Shown here piece by piece: positions 1 to 8,791 of a stretch of 41,071 nt of DNA (position 1 is its first letter; every line of letters begins with the position of its first letter). The translations under genes and the position numbers were made by a program. Below the pieces are notes generated by a model, which had not been told where the DNA came from, did no database searches, and was given only the letters and a program-made list of their open reading frames with translations. Source of the stretch: a virus. Lineage: Duplodnaviria > Caudoviricetes. The DNA lies in IMG/VR virus record IMGVR_UViG_3300048848_000111, positions 1 through 41,071 of that record; one strand, given 5' to 3'.

Positions 1-128
1 TCAGGTCGGTGACGAAGGAATGCGCGATTCCCCCGGTTCCGAGAATTCCCCAACGAATGGACTCCGACATCGGCGACTCCGCTCTCTTTTCGACTCCTAC
101 GAGACTAGCGGCAGCCGACGACGACGAA

Positions 129-147
129 GGCCCGGACGAACCGGGCC
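129..147 (-). terminator. Host tRNA terminator-like hairpin, displaced by integration
   Basis: On the minus strand GGCCCGG-TTCGT-CCGGGCC followed by TTCGTCGTC, just beyond the displaced tRNA 3' end (CCA at 162-160). Confidence 0.55.
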
Positions 148-161
148 GAGGAGCAGAACTG

Positions 162-201
162 GGGCCGCCTCCGGGAATCGAACCCGGGACCTATTCATTA
201 C
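162..201. repeat. Left att core (displaced 3' half of host tRNA-Thr)
   Basis: gggccgcctccgggaatcgaacccgggacctattcattac, identical to 40945-40984. Confidence 0.97.
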
Positions 202-296
202 AAGGTGACGAGTCGGCCCTCACGAGCAACGTTATCGCTCTCCCCACGCGTTGGTCGAATCCGTCGGAAGACGAGATTCCGGCGAAGGCCGCGTGA
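201..296 (+). other. Phage-form C-terminal segment of the repressor, separated from the rest of the gene by integration
   Basis: Same frame as the att-encoded GPPPGIEPGTYSL of the 40669 repressor; continues QGDES...EIPAKAA* (31 aa). Confidence 0.85.
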
Positions 297-595
297 TGGC
301 GACGCGAGTTGATCCCGCCAAGGCGCGGTACGACGCTGCGAATGCCGCTGTGCGGGCCGCGATGATCAAGAAGGGTCCGTACGGCCGCTGGGATCTGCTC
401 ACCGAGCCCGCTTGGGACATCCTGCGCGCATGGGGTCGACGCTGGGCCTACTACGGCTCGGATAACCTCACCATCCGAATCATCCGCTGGTACAAGTCGG
501 GTGTCCGAGTCCGCTTCGCCGACGGCCACCAAGAGACGGTGCACCCTCACGACATCCATCTCCATCGATACACCCCGGCCGCTGAGAAGGTGTGA
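296..595 (+). CDS. Hypothetical protein (99 aa, MATRVDPAK...)
   Basis: ATG overlaps the stop of the repressor tail (TGATG at 294-298); plausible protein composition. Confidence 0.7.
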   Translation: MATRVDPAKARYDAANAAVRAAMIKKGPYGRWDLLTEPAWDILRAWGRRWAYYGSDNLTIRIIRWYKSGVRVRFADGHQETVHPHDIHLHRYTPAAEKV

Positions 596-596
596 C

Positions 597-791
597 ATGA
601 CTGTTCGCGAGCTGCTCGACCGATTGAACTCTCACGCACTCGACGGCCGCGGCCTCGACGAGCAAGTACTCGTGGAGGTCGCCGGCAAGCCTCGACTCAT
701 CGACGATGTCGAGACCCGACTCGTGCCCAACGGTCACGAGCGACCGATGCCGACTTTCGTCCTGCTGGTGGCCGACGGAGTGGCGGCTTAG
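597..791 (+). CDS. Small hypothetical protein (64 aa, MTVRELLDRL...GVAA)
   Basis: ATG 1 nt after the previous stop, with an AAGG RBS; the MTVxELxxxL start is common in small phage proteins. Confidence 0.7.
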   Translation: MTVRELLDRLNSHALDGRGLDEQVLVEVAGKPRLIDDVETRLVPNGHERPMPTFVLLVADGVAA

Positions 792-994
792 ACGGTTCCG
801 AAAATTCGGGCCTCGCCGTGCCGACCCGATTTGCGGTTGTGGACAACTCCGGGCATTTGGGCAGGGTACCCAACACTTTACTCACGCTAACTATCGCGAT
901 AGACCCCAGAAAGTGGACCTGACATGTGCAGCTCGCACCCCCATAGCCTCGTCATCCCGGCTCGGGTGCCGGGAAGGAACCACGGGGGTGTCTC

Positions 995-1888
995 ATGATC
1001 GAAGAAGTGATGTCGGAATGGCGCGAATGGATGGACGCGCAGGATCTCAGCGAGCGGACGATGGCCGAGCGAATCTCGTGCATCGAGCAGTACTTCCGTT
1101 TCTCGGGCGAGAAGCCGATGAAGATGTCACCCCGGAAGATCATCCAGTTCATCGGGCGCGAGACGGCCAACGGGGAGAAGCTCGCCCGCTCGACCAAAGC
1201 GACGTACCACGCTCACATCCGGGCCTATTGCGCCTGGCTACAGCGGAGCGGACAGCGGAAGGATGACCCGTCGGCGATGACACCGCGGCCGAAGCGAAAG
1301 AAGAGCCTGCCGCGACCGATTCGCGACAATCAGCTCGTCAGCCTTCTGCGCGCGGCGAACCGCCGACGCACTCGCGTATTCATCCTGCTCGGTGCGCTGG
1401 CGGGGATGCGAGTGCACGAGATCGCGAAGATCCACGGACGCGACATCGACCTCGTCAACATGACGCTCACCATCACGGGGAAGGGCGAGAAGACCGCCGT
1501 CATCCCGCTACACCCCGTGCTCGCCGAGGAAGCCCTGCGGTGGCCCCGGAAAGGTTACTGGTTCCCGAACTACGTCAACAACCGGCACGGCAAAGCGGGC
1601 ACCTCACACATCCGCGGTCACGCCGTCACGCAAGCGATCGGCGACGCTATGCGGCGCGCTGGCTTCGACGGAAAGCCCCACCAGCTGCGTCACTGGTTCG
1701 GGTCGTCGCTCCTGAACGGTGGGGTCGACCTGCGAATCGTGCAGGAGCTGATGCGGCACAGCTCCCCCGCTACCACGGCCATCTACACCGAAGTCCACAT
1801 CGAACAGACCACCGCCGGCATTCACACACTCCGCGTCCCGGTGAGCATCTTCGGCGACCACGGCGAGGAGCTGCCACTGGCCGCGTAG
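995..1888 (+). CDS. int: Tyrosine integrase (297 aa, apparently without an arm-binding domain)
   Basis: Catalytic set GMRVHE (R), GKGEK (K), PHQLRH (HxxR), LMRH, TTAIY (Y); C-terminus ELPLAA. Confidence 0.95.
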   Translation: MIEEVMSEWREWMDAQDLSERTMAERISCIEQYFRFSGEKPMKMSPRKIIQFIGRETANGEKLARSTKATYHAHIRAYCAWLQRSGQRKDDPSAMTPRPKRKKSLPRPIRDNQLVSLLRAANRRRTRVFILLGALAGMRVHEIAKIHGRDIDLVNMTLTITGKGEKTAVIPLHPVLAEEALRWPRKGYWFPNYVNNRHGKAGTSHIRGHAVTQAIGDAMRRAGFDGKPHQLRHWFGSSLLNGGVDLRIVQELMRHSSPATTAIYTEVHIEQTTAGIHTLRVPVSIFGDHGEELPLAA

Positions 1889-1961
1889 CCGTGTCGGTGG
1901 GCGGCGACTAACATCGGCTGTGCGCGGGCCGGCGCGCTCCCATCGAGAGGAGCGGGGCGGG

Positions 1962-2273
1962 ATGCTCGGCAGCGGGCCTATCAGAATCGGGCAGCACGAG
2001 TGGGTGCTCGTGCGCAACAACCCACGATTCCCCGCCGCCCTCGTACGCCGGCTTCACCCGGGTACGAGCCTCGAGCACTACCGCGTCGTCACGTTCACGC
2101 TCGACCCCACCGAGCGGCGGCTGATAGGTCGCTACACCACGCTCGAGGCGGCCGATCGGGCTGTGCGATATGCGCTCCCCACGAACAACGTGCGCCCGGA
2201 GCTGAACGGCTACGGCGCATACGAGAATCGCCCTCACCCACCGACGACAGAAGAGCCCCGGCCCGGCCTGTGA
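1962..2273 (+). CDS. Hypothetical protein (103 aa)
   Basis: GAGGAG RBS at about 1947-1952; ORF ends in the convergent terminator. Confidence 0.65.
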   Translation: MLGSGPIRIGQHEWVLVRNNPRFPAALVRRLHPGTSLEHYRVVTFTLDPTERRLIGRYTTLEAADRAVRYALPTNNVRPELNGYGAYENRPHPPTTEEPRPGL

Positions 2274-2291
2274 AGGCCGAGCCGGGGCTCT
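2252..2291. terminator. Bidirectional terminator between the integrase operon and the lysis genes
   Basis: 18-bp stem with one imperfect pair, agagccccggcccggcct-gtga-aggccgagccggggctct, between convergent genes. Confidence 0.8.
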
Positions 2292-2309
2292 GAGGTATTG
2301 CGGCCGTGC

Positions 2310-2364
2310 GCTACGCGTCTCGGTGGCCGGCGGCCACGACGCGTCGTGCTCGAGCGCGACGCTA
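2310..2364. repeat. ACGCGT palindrome array, copy A
   Basis: ACGCGT at 2313 and 2339 in the form ACGCGT-N7-GCCGG-N8-ACGCGT, then CTCGAG and a degenerate ACGCTA at 2359. Confidence 0.6.
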
Positions 2365-2367
2365 CGG

Positions 2368-2883
2368 TTACTCGCTGGGCGGGCGCGGAGCGAGGTTCGC
2401 GGCGACCGCCTGGGCTGCAGCGCGGTTCAGTGCGTCGGAGTTCCCGAAGTCGTTGATGGTGATCGTGTGCGCGGGCTCGATGACGACGGGCACCGGGTTC
2501 GGGTTCACGTCGGGGATCTTGCCGGCCACAACCGTCAACAGGGTCACGAGCGTGGAGAGCGCGGCGGCCGGCACGATCGTCGACCATGAGACGTCCTGGA
2601 AGACGACCGCGTTGCCGATACCCACGGCGAGCGCCTGCGCGGCCGTCTTGACGGCCTTCTCGAGCAGGGTCACCCACAGGGGTACGCCGGCGCTGTCGGG
2701 GATGCCGAACAGCGACGTGAGCAGGGAGACGACGGCGCCGAGGCCCGCTGCGGACGCGATGGTCAGCCACTCGACGTCGCCGAGCACACTGCCCACCAGG
2801 TACGGGACGGCGAGGGCGATCGCGGTCTTGAGCGCGCGGAGGCCGGCGGCCTTCCACCACGCTCGGGAAAGGATGGTGTTCAT
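2368..2883 (-). CDS. Holin (tandem r1t-like domains)
   Basis: Four hydrophobic segments; the RALKT / EKAVKTAAQ motif occurs twice; last gene of the lysis cassette. Confidence 0.8.
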   Translation of the reverse strand: MNTILSRAWWKAAGLRALKTAIALAVPYLVGSVLGDVEWLTIASAAGLGAVVSLLTSLFGIPDSAGVPLWVTLLEKAVKTAAQALAVGIGNAVVFQDVSWSTIVPAAALSTLVTLLTVVAGKIPDVNPNPVPVVIEPAHTITINDFGNSDALNRAAAQAVAANLAPRPPSE

Positions 2884-3533
2884 CGTTGCTCCTCCTCAGG
2901 AGTCGGTGTTTCGGTTGGGAGAGGATCGGGAATGCGGCACGGGCCGCTCGTGGTCGACGTGGTGCCGTCCGTGTACGTGATCAGCCAGGCGCCGTCGGTC
3001 TGGCACTCGGCAAGCGCGATGCCGCGGCCGTCGGCGCCGGGCGCTCCTGGCACTCCGGGAGCCCCGGGAGCGCCGTCCGCGCCGGCAGGGCCGGGCGGCC
3101 CTGCCGGTCCGTCGGTGCCGGCGCTACCGGCTGGGCCTGCTGGGCCGGTTTGTCCGGGTACGCCCATGTCGCCCTTCGGTCCGGCGGGTCCGGTCGGGCC
3201 TTGCTGGCCGTCGATGCCAGGGAGGCCTCGTGGTCCCGCGTCGCCTTGAGCGCCCGGAGGTGGCGCAGCGTTACTCACGACGTCATCGGGGCGTTCGGCG
3301 TCGGGGCGGATGCCCTCCTCGAGAAGCTGCCGGTACAGGTCCTCGGCGTTGTTCTGCGATGCCTGCAGGTCGTCGTATGAGGCTGCGAGCTGCACACGCA
3401 GGTCCGAGTTCGCGATCGCCAGGTAGATGCCACCGGCGGTGATCACGCCGACGGTGATGATGACGACGATGAAGGTCGCCACCCACCAGAAGCGGGTGCG
3501 CCGTTCTGTTCTTATTTCCGTTGATGTGGTCAC
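2880..3533 (-). CDS. Membrane-anchored collagen-like protein (lysis cassette)
   Basis: N-terminal TM helix, coiled coil, long Gly-X-Y run; GTGA overlap with the upstream stop. Confidence 0.8.
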   Translation of the reverse strand: MTTSTEIRTERRTRFWWVATFIVVIITVGVITAGGIYLAIANSDLRVQLAASYDDLQASQNNAEDLYRQLLEEGIRPDAERPDDVVSNAAPPPGAQGDAGPRGLPGIDGQQGPTGPAGPKGDMGVPGQTGPAGPAGSAGTDGPAGPPGPAGADGAPGAPGVPGAPGADGRGIALAECQTDGAWLITYTDGTTSTTSGPCRIPDPLPTETPTPEEEQR

Positions 3534-3835
3534 GGTGCACCTCCACCGTTGATGACGGGAATTAGGACGCCCGCGACCACCGACCCGACGACACCGAGCA
3601 GTGCGAGTCCGATCGCGAACCACTGCTGCGCCTTCGTCTTGCGGGACTCGGCGAGATCCGTCTCGAGTTGTTTGATCCGAGCGTCCTGGCGATCGTCGGT
3701 TTCTTTTTGCGCGCCCTGATAGATCGCGAGGGTGGCCTGGGTCACCATCCCGGTTGCGAGATTGTCGACCGAGGTTTTGAGGTCGCGGATGGATCGCATC
3801 AGCTCCCAGCCGTTGGGCTCGGGTTCGTTCGTCAT
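3530..3835 (-). CDS. Coiled-coil protein with a C-terminal TM helix (lysis accessory / holin-like)
   Basis: Lies directly after the endolysin; single C-terminal TM segment. Confidence 0.75.
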   Translation of the reverse strand: MTNEPEPNGWELMRSIRDLKTSVDNLATGMVTQATLAIYQGAQKETDDRQDARIKQLETDLAESRKTKAQQWFAIGLALLGVVGSVVAGVLIPVINGGGAP

Positions 3836-3864
3836 GAGTCCCCTCTCAGGGTCGAGGGGTCCGG

Positions 3865-4830
3865 TCAGGCCTGCGCCGCCACTTCGGGCACGGCCGGGTC
3901 TGCGACCAGTTCGGCCAGGCGCGCCTTTGCTCGCTTCTCGAGGTCGTCGAACTCCGCCTTCGTGACCTGCAGCAGTTCCGGTGCGACCAGGCTGAGGCGC
4001 TTGTCGTTGGCGAGCTCCTCGGCCGAGCCGTACGAGCGGAAGTAGCCTTCGTCGACATCGATCGCAGCGGCACGGGAGGCCTGCACCTCACCGGCCTTGA
4101 TCTGGTAGACCCGCGGGCGGGACTCGCGCCGGAGAGCGTCGAGGATGCGCTCGATCTGGGCATCGTCGTTGCCGAGCGCAGCGAGGATGGCGCGCAGCAG
4201 CGGGATGATGGTCTTGTCGATACGAGAACCGATGAGTTCCTCGCGTGCGGCGGCGTCGTACATGTCGTCCTCCTGAATTGGTGTTCCGTGACCACCGGCG
4301 GGTGCGGTGCCGCCGAAGATCGAGTTGACGACTCCGCTGAATCTGCTGAAGTCGATATCGGGGTCCGGGTTGCGGAAGATCTCGTAGTGCCAGATCTCCG
4401 ACGAGATGGTGCGCTTCATGCCCACGCGGGCGGCGAGCTGGTCGAGGCGGCCGTAGTTGCTCGCGTCGATGTCAGCGGCGAGCCCCCTGGTGTGCTGCGA
4501 GGCGTAGACGCCCGAGTACGGGTTCGCCGCCGACGGGGTGCCCTCCCGGCCGCCTGTCGCCACCCACAGCAGGTACCTTCCGTACTGATAGCAGACGGTC
4601 GAGCGACCCGACGCTGTCTGCGACGCGCTGCCGCGGTTGCGGCCCACGTCGATATCGGAGAAGACACCGAACGGGCGGCCGGCCTCGTTCAGGCCCAGGC
4701 CCATGCCCTCGGCGCGGCCCTGGGTGAAGATCCACAGCAGCCGGAACAGCAGGCTGACGGAGTCCTCGTTGTTGCGATCAAAAAGACCGCCCTCCCATGT
4801 CGAGAGGTCGTTGCCGTCGACGAGTGACAT
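3865..4830 (-). CDS. Endolysin with an M15-like (VanY/LAS) Zn peptidase domain
   Basis: SQHTRGLAADID and EIWHYE motifs; position after the tail genes. Confidence 0.8.
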   Translation of the reverse strand: MSLVDGNDLSTWEGGLFDRNNEDSVSLLFRLLWIFTQGRAEGMGLGLNEAGRPFGVFSDIDVGRNRGSASQTASGRSTVCYQYGRYLLWVATGGREGTPSAANPYSGVYASQHTRGLAADIDASNYGRLDQLAARVGMKRTISSEIWHYEIFRNPDPDIDFSRFSGVVNSIFGGTAPAGGHGTPIQEDDMYDAAAREELIGSRIDKTIIPLLRAILAALGNDDAQIERILDALRRESRPRVYQIKAGEVQASRAAAIDVDEGYFRSYGSAEELANDKRLSLVAPELLQVTKAEFDDLEKRAKARLAELVADPAVPEVAAQA

Positions 4831-4842
4831 GCGTTGGTCTCC

Positions 4843-6036
4843 TTAGACGAGGCCCGGGAACAGGGACAGGCTGAATCGGCGCAGAATGGCCGCGATCAGC
4901 TGAGTCGTGATCGCGTCGCGGATGTGGGCCTGGCCGAGCGGGTTCGGGTGCAGCAGGTCGGGGCCGAGGTGAATGGCCGGGTCCCAGCCTGCGATCGGGT
5001 CGATCACGATCACGTTGGCGAACTCGGCGGCGACGAGATCCGGGACGGTTCGTAGGTACGTGAGCAGCGCAGGCTTGTTGTGAGTGGCGGCCAGCACCGG
5101 CAACGGCGTGATCAGCACCACCAGGGGCGGCTGCGACTGCTGCGGGAGCAGCGCATCGATCACGCCGTAGGCGCCGGCTCGGCCCAGGTTGTTGTAGGTC
5201 GCGCGAACTGTGCCGGTGGCGACGTTCGGCAGGCGAACTACGACCGGCGAGAAGCCATTGTTCGCGGCCTGACCGGTCTTCACCGTCAGCTCGTTGAAGT
5301 CGCGCGTGGCGATTGTGGCGGCGCCTTGGGTGAAGGTCCACTGCCCACCCAAGAGGGTGGTTCCGTCCGCCCCGTAGCAGAGCACGTACGGGCTGCCGGC
5401 GTTTACCGGGATATCGATCGTGGCGCCGTTCGCAGTGACGATCGCGACCGATCCGCCCGAGGCATACGCCTGAGCGGAGTTCATGCCGCCACCGGGAACC
5501 CCGGTGTTGGCCCAGCCGCCCTGTTCGACGCGGGCGGATGCGCTGAACAGGGCGGCAAGGGCGCGGATCGACTCGAGGGCGGCGGCGCGGTTCGCGAGGG
5601 TGTCGGGCTCGATCAGGTTGTTGAGCAGACCGCCGAGCGTCACCATTCCGTGGGTGGGAGCTACCCACGTCTGCGGAGTGCCCGCCTTGACCGCGAGCGT
5701 GGCGATGTCCTGCGCGCGCTGCGCGGACTGCGCCCGGTTCGACATGGATGCCAGGCCCAGCCGCTCCGGCAGCTGCTCCATGTAGGGGACGGCGGCGTAG
5801 TTCGGATACCCGTACGAGTTCTCGTACGCGAAGCCGGCCATACCCGCGAACATCTTCCGCGAGCCCAGGAATGACGCTTCCAGAGCCGCCTTCGTAGCGC
5901 TGGCACCCTCGGTTGCAACGTACTCGGCCACCGCCTCATCGGTGGGCAGTTCCCCTGCTCCGGGGAGCCCCTGTGGGCCGCGCGGGCCGAGCGGCCCGAT
6001 CGGACCTCTGAGGTTGGCTTTCTTCACCCATGCCAT
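4843..6036 (-). CDS. Tail fibre/spike with a short collagen-like linker and an SGNH-hydrolase-like domain
   Basis: N-terminal GPIGPLGPRGPQG; C-terminal DLLHPNPLG (DxxH); block I reads ENS instead of GDS. Confidence 0.65.
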   Translation of the reverse strand: MAWVKKANLRGPIGPLGPRGPQGLPGAGELPTDEAVAEYVATEGASATKAALEASFLGSRKMFAGMAGFAYENSYGYPNYAAVPYMEQLPERLGLASMSNRAQSAQRAQDIATLAVKAGTPQTWVAPTHGMVTLGGLLNNLIEPDTLANRAAALESIRALAALFSASARVEQGGWANTGVPGGGMNSAQAYASGGSVAIVTANGATIDIPVNAGSPYVLCYGADGTTLLGGQWTFTQGAATIATRDFNELTVKTGQAANNGFSPVVVRLPNVATGTVRATYNNLGRAGAYGVIDALLPQQSQPPLVVLITPLPVLAATHNKPALLTYLRTVPDLVAAEFANVIVIDPIAGWDPAIHLGPDLLHPNPLGQAHIRDAITTQLIAAILRRFSLSLFPGLV

Positions 6037-6037
6037 G

Positions 6038-6523
6038 TCAAATCCATTCGATGTAGTCGCCCAGCAACGTGCCGGGGTAGGTCGGAACTACGGTCGGGTC
6101 GTCGGGCCGGTCGGGGTCCATCACCAGCCATGAGGTGAATCGGTTGACCGAAGGCGGGGGCTGCAAGCCCGTCCACGACAGCCCGGACGATCCGGCCGCC
6201 TGAATCGCTTGGCCGATCGATGTGGTCGACGCGGTAACTCGCAGTGGGGCGAGGAAGTGATCGAAGCCGCCCCCGAGCCACTCGGCGAAGACGTAGATGA
6301 AAACTTCTGGCACAGGGCCAGCGGGCCGCAGATCATCCGTCGTGATGAGGGTGACCGTGAATTCCCCTGTCACGGCGCTCGGCGTCACGTAGACGGGCGC
6401 TGTAACTACCAGCTGGCCGTTGATTCCGACAGCCGGTGTGTTCAGCGCAAATTTCAACCGTGGGGCCGCAGAGCCGAGGTGGCCGAGACCGACGTCGCTC
6501 AGTGATCCGGTGAGAACGGGCAT
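6038..6523 (-). CDS. Minor tail protein
   Basis: GGAGG RBS before MPVLTGSL; lies in the tail module. Confidence 0.7.
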   Translation of the reverse strand: MPVLTGSLSDVGLGHLGSAAPRLKFALNTPAVGINGQLVVTAPVYVTPSAVTGEFTVTLITTDDLRPAGPVPEVFIYVFAEWLGGGFDHFLAPLRVTASTTSIGQAIQAAGSSGLSWTGLQPPPSVNRFTSWLVMDPDRPDDPTVVPTYPGTLLGDYIEWI

Positions 6524-6564
6524 ACGGAGCCTCCGAGGGTCTATTAATCGGCGGCCGTCGCCGC

Positions 6565-6576
6565 TAGGATTCGGGC
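6565..6576 (+). promoter_or_regulatory. -10 box of a probable leaderless lipoprotein mRNA
   Basis: TAGGAT 6 nt before ATG 6577, with no SD; same geometry as the repressor promoter. Confidence 0.55.
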
Positions 6577-6984
6577 ATGAGAAAGCTGGGGGCAGTACTC
6601 GTATTGGCGACCGCACTCGCATTGGCGGGATGCGCTTCGCAGAGCGGCGCGGACGACCAGGGAGGCACTGCGGCGAGCGCCGACTCCTCGTCCACGGCCG
6701 CGCCGATCACAATGGCGCCGGAAGATCCCACCGCGACACCGACGCCGACGGCGAGCGCCACGGATGCTGACTTCATCGCCGCAGCGACGTACTCCTGGCG
6801 AGGCGCGATGCCGTCGGATAGCGAATTCCTGGCGGCACGCGATTTGGTGTGCCAGCAGCTTCGAGCGGGGACTCCGGTTGACGATGTACGCGTGGTGGAA
6901 GGCGAGACGGAAGACGCGGTGTGGAACAACGACCATCTCGTGACCGCGGCAGTAACCCTGGAATGCCCCGAGTTCGACGACTAG
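6577..6984 (+). CDS. Lipoprotein moron, antisense to the tail operon
   Basis: Signal peptide with lipobox LAGC, Ser/Thr/Pro linker, small Cys-paired C-terminal domain (VC...CP). Confidence 0.85.
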   Translation: MRKLGAVLVLATALALAGCASQSGADDQGGTAASADSSSTAAPITMAPEDPTATPTPTASATDADFIAAATYSWRGAMPSDSEFLAARDLVCQQLRAGTPVDDVRVVEGETEDAVWNNDHLVTAAVTLECPEFDD

Positions 6985-7706
6985 GACACGATCTTGTAGA
7001 GCTGTCCGCCCGAGTCCTGCCAGACCACACCCGGGGGTAATCCGGTACCAGTCTTCGGCGGTAGGTCGAGCATGTAGACGTCGCTCTGCAGGACGGTGTC
7101 GCCGGCGATGTTCATGTCGGAGTTGGTCGCGACGCCGCTCGTGGTGACGGCGAGCGCGACTGATCCGGCTTGCATGCTGGCCGCGTTCGCCTGGGCTGTG
7201 ATGGCAGCATTCGGCGCGGCGAGGCGCACTCCCGATGCGGAGCCTTGCACCTCGCCCCCGCTGGCGAATTGGAGCACGCCGTTCTGGATGACGAGGGGCA
7301 CGCTGCCGTCGATGGTGATCTTCCCGCCGCCGGTGACGAGCAGGTTCGCGAGGAGCGAGGCGAGGCCGTTGATGGTGACGTTGCCGCCGAGTTCGGTGTT
7401 CCCGTGGAACTCGGCGTCGCCGTTCTGGGTCAGGTGTCCCGTGTTCGTGAATGGGCCGGAGTTGGTGAAGGGGCCGGAGTTGCTCATCGGGCCTGTGTTC
7501 GAGAACGCGCCCTCGAAGGTGACCGGTCCCTGCCAGTAGAGCCGCCCGCCGGCCTCGGCGTAGCCGCCAGCGCCCTCGGAGCCCCACCGGGTGCGCTTGC
7601 CCGGTGTCGTCACGGAGGAATCGCCGAGCGGGGCCTGGGTGGCGAGCTTCCGAATCTCTTTCTTCCGCTTGGTCGCTTCCGAGTCGCGCAGGTTGTTGAT
7701 CAGCAT
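6981..7706 (-). CDS. Minor tail protein (beta-helix/spike-like)
   Basis: Six-residue NSGPFT/NTGP repeats, Gly-rich; TGATG coupling. Confidence 0.75.
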   Translation of the reverse strand: MLINNLRDSEATKRKKEIRKLATQAPLGDSSVTTPGKRTRWGSEGAGGYAEAGGRLYWQGPVTFEGAFSNTGPMSNSGPFTNSGPFTNTGHLTQNGDAEFHGNTELGGNVTINGLASLLANLLVTGGGKITIDGSVPLVIQNGVLQFASGGEVQGSASGVRLAAPNAAITAQANAASMQAGSVALAVTTSGVATNSDMNIAGDTVLQSDVYMLDLPPKTGTGLPPGVVWQDSGGQLYKIVS

Positions 7707-8791
7707 CAGACCTCCTGCAGCTCGAGGCGGAGAACGTTGGACATGTCACCGGAGAAGCCGATGCAGTAGCGGGACGTCCACCCGTCCGGCATCCACTTGT
7801 CGCCCGAGTCCCAGACCTTCACCGTGGAACCGACCGTGCCGTCCGGGAGGAAGTCGCGGGCCAGCACGTCGAACGCCACCTGCTCGGTGGGATTCATGAA
7901 CGCGTTGTTCCGAGCGAGGGCGTGAGCGTCAAGCTCCTCCTGCACCTCGATGTTCTTGAACTGATCAGGGACATCCAGCGAGGGGAACCCGCCCGGCACT
8001 GCAACCGTCGCGGCCTCGCCGTGCAGAATGTCCTGCTCGGAGCCGGAGCCAATCGCCCACGTTCCCGTGCGCATCAGGGTGCCGTCCATGTCCGACTCGA
8101 GGTTCAGCGCGTCGGGCGCCGAGCCGGATGCCATGAACTCTTTGAGCGGGCCGTCGAGCCTCGGGTTTCCGACGCGTACCAGCCACTCGCGAAGGCCGGC
8201 GACGGTGCGCTGCGCCTTCAGATGGGTATCGGGGCCGCCCACCGTCTCTTCGATGTCGGAGATCATCGTGTCGGCCGACTCGAATAGGTAATTCCAGTAG
8301 GTGTGGTTCTCCAGGCCAGGCTCGTCGAACGCGGGGAACTTGAACGGCAGATCCCAGACCGAGGAGAGCCCGCCCTGGGTGGCGTAGTACAGGATCTGGT
8401 AGATCAGGCCGCGCAGGGAGCGACCGTTCAGCACCTTCGTGCCGTTCTCGTACGTGCCTATGCCGAACAGGCCGCGGCGGGCGAGGATTGTGCGCACCTC
8501 GGCGGACGCGACCGTGAGCGCACCGGTGTTGCGCTTGTAGTTGGTGCCCATGATTAGCCCGGAGTAGACGAGTTGCCCGTCCCAGTCGATGTCGATGGTG
8601 CGCCGCCACGGCGAGATCAGGTAGCGCCAGTCGTCACGAGAGAAGTCCGACGAGTTCAGCTGGAAGGTGTGCTGCCCCGACTCGAAACCGTTGGCGCGGG
8701 TTGCGTACCGGCCGGCGGAGGGCCGCTCCCACCCTTTCATCGGTGAGAGCAGCTGCCCGGTCTGCATGTCGGAGATGGAGAAGCTATACAT
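7706..8791 (-). CDS. Minor tail protein (Tal/baseplate hub position)
   Basis: Second gene after the tape measure; 361 aa. Confidence 0.75.
   Translation of the reverse strand: MYSFSISDMQTGQLLSPMKGWERPSAGRYATRANGFESGQHTFQLNSSDFSRDDWRYLISPWRRTIDIDWDGQLVYSGLIMGTNYKRNTGALTVASAEVRTILARRGLFGIGTYENGTKVLNGRSLRGLIYQILYYATQGGLSSVWDLPFKFPAFDEPGLENHTYWNYLFESADTMISDIEETVGGPDTHLKAQRTVAGLREWLVRVGNPRLDGPLKEFMASGSAPDALNLESDMDGTLMRTGTWAIGSGSEQDILHGEAATVAVPGGFPSLDVPDQFKNIEVQEELDAHALARNNAFMNPTEQVAFDVLARDFLPDGTVGSTVKVWDSGDKWMPDGWTSRYCIGFSGDMSNVLRLELQEV

Noticed and set aside
9-200. 95-aa ORF 9-296 as a real gene
   Set aside because: It is a chimera of host tRNA-downstream DNA, the att core and the orphaned repressor tail; only 201-296 is meaningful.
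162-201. A second tRNA gene
   Set aside because: Only the T arm, acceptor 3' strand and part of the anticodon arm are present; it is the att duplication.
3030-3260. GC-rich 9-bp periodic repeats
   Set aside because: Fully explained by Gly-X-Y collagen coding.
7435-7510. 18-bp periodic repeat
   Set aside because: Encodes the NSGPFT-type beta repeats of the minor tail protein.
6544-7749. 401-aa minus-strand ORF crossing the lipoprotein gene
   Set aside because: Arg/Pro-rich off-frame read of the tail gene, followed by the in-register antisense of the lipoprotein; it has no credible start.
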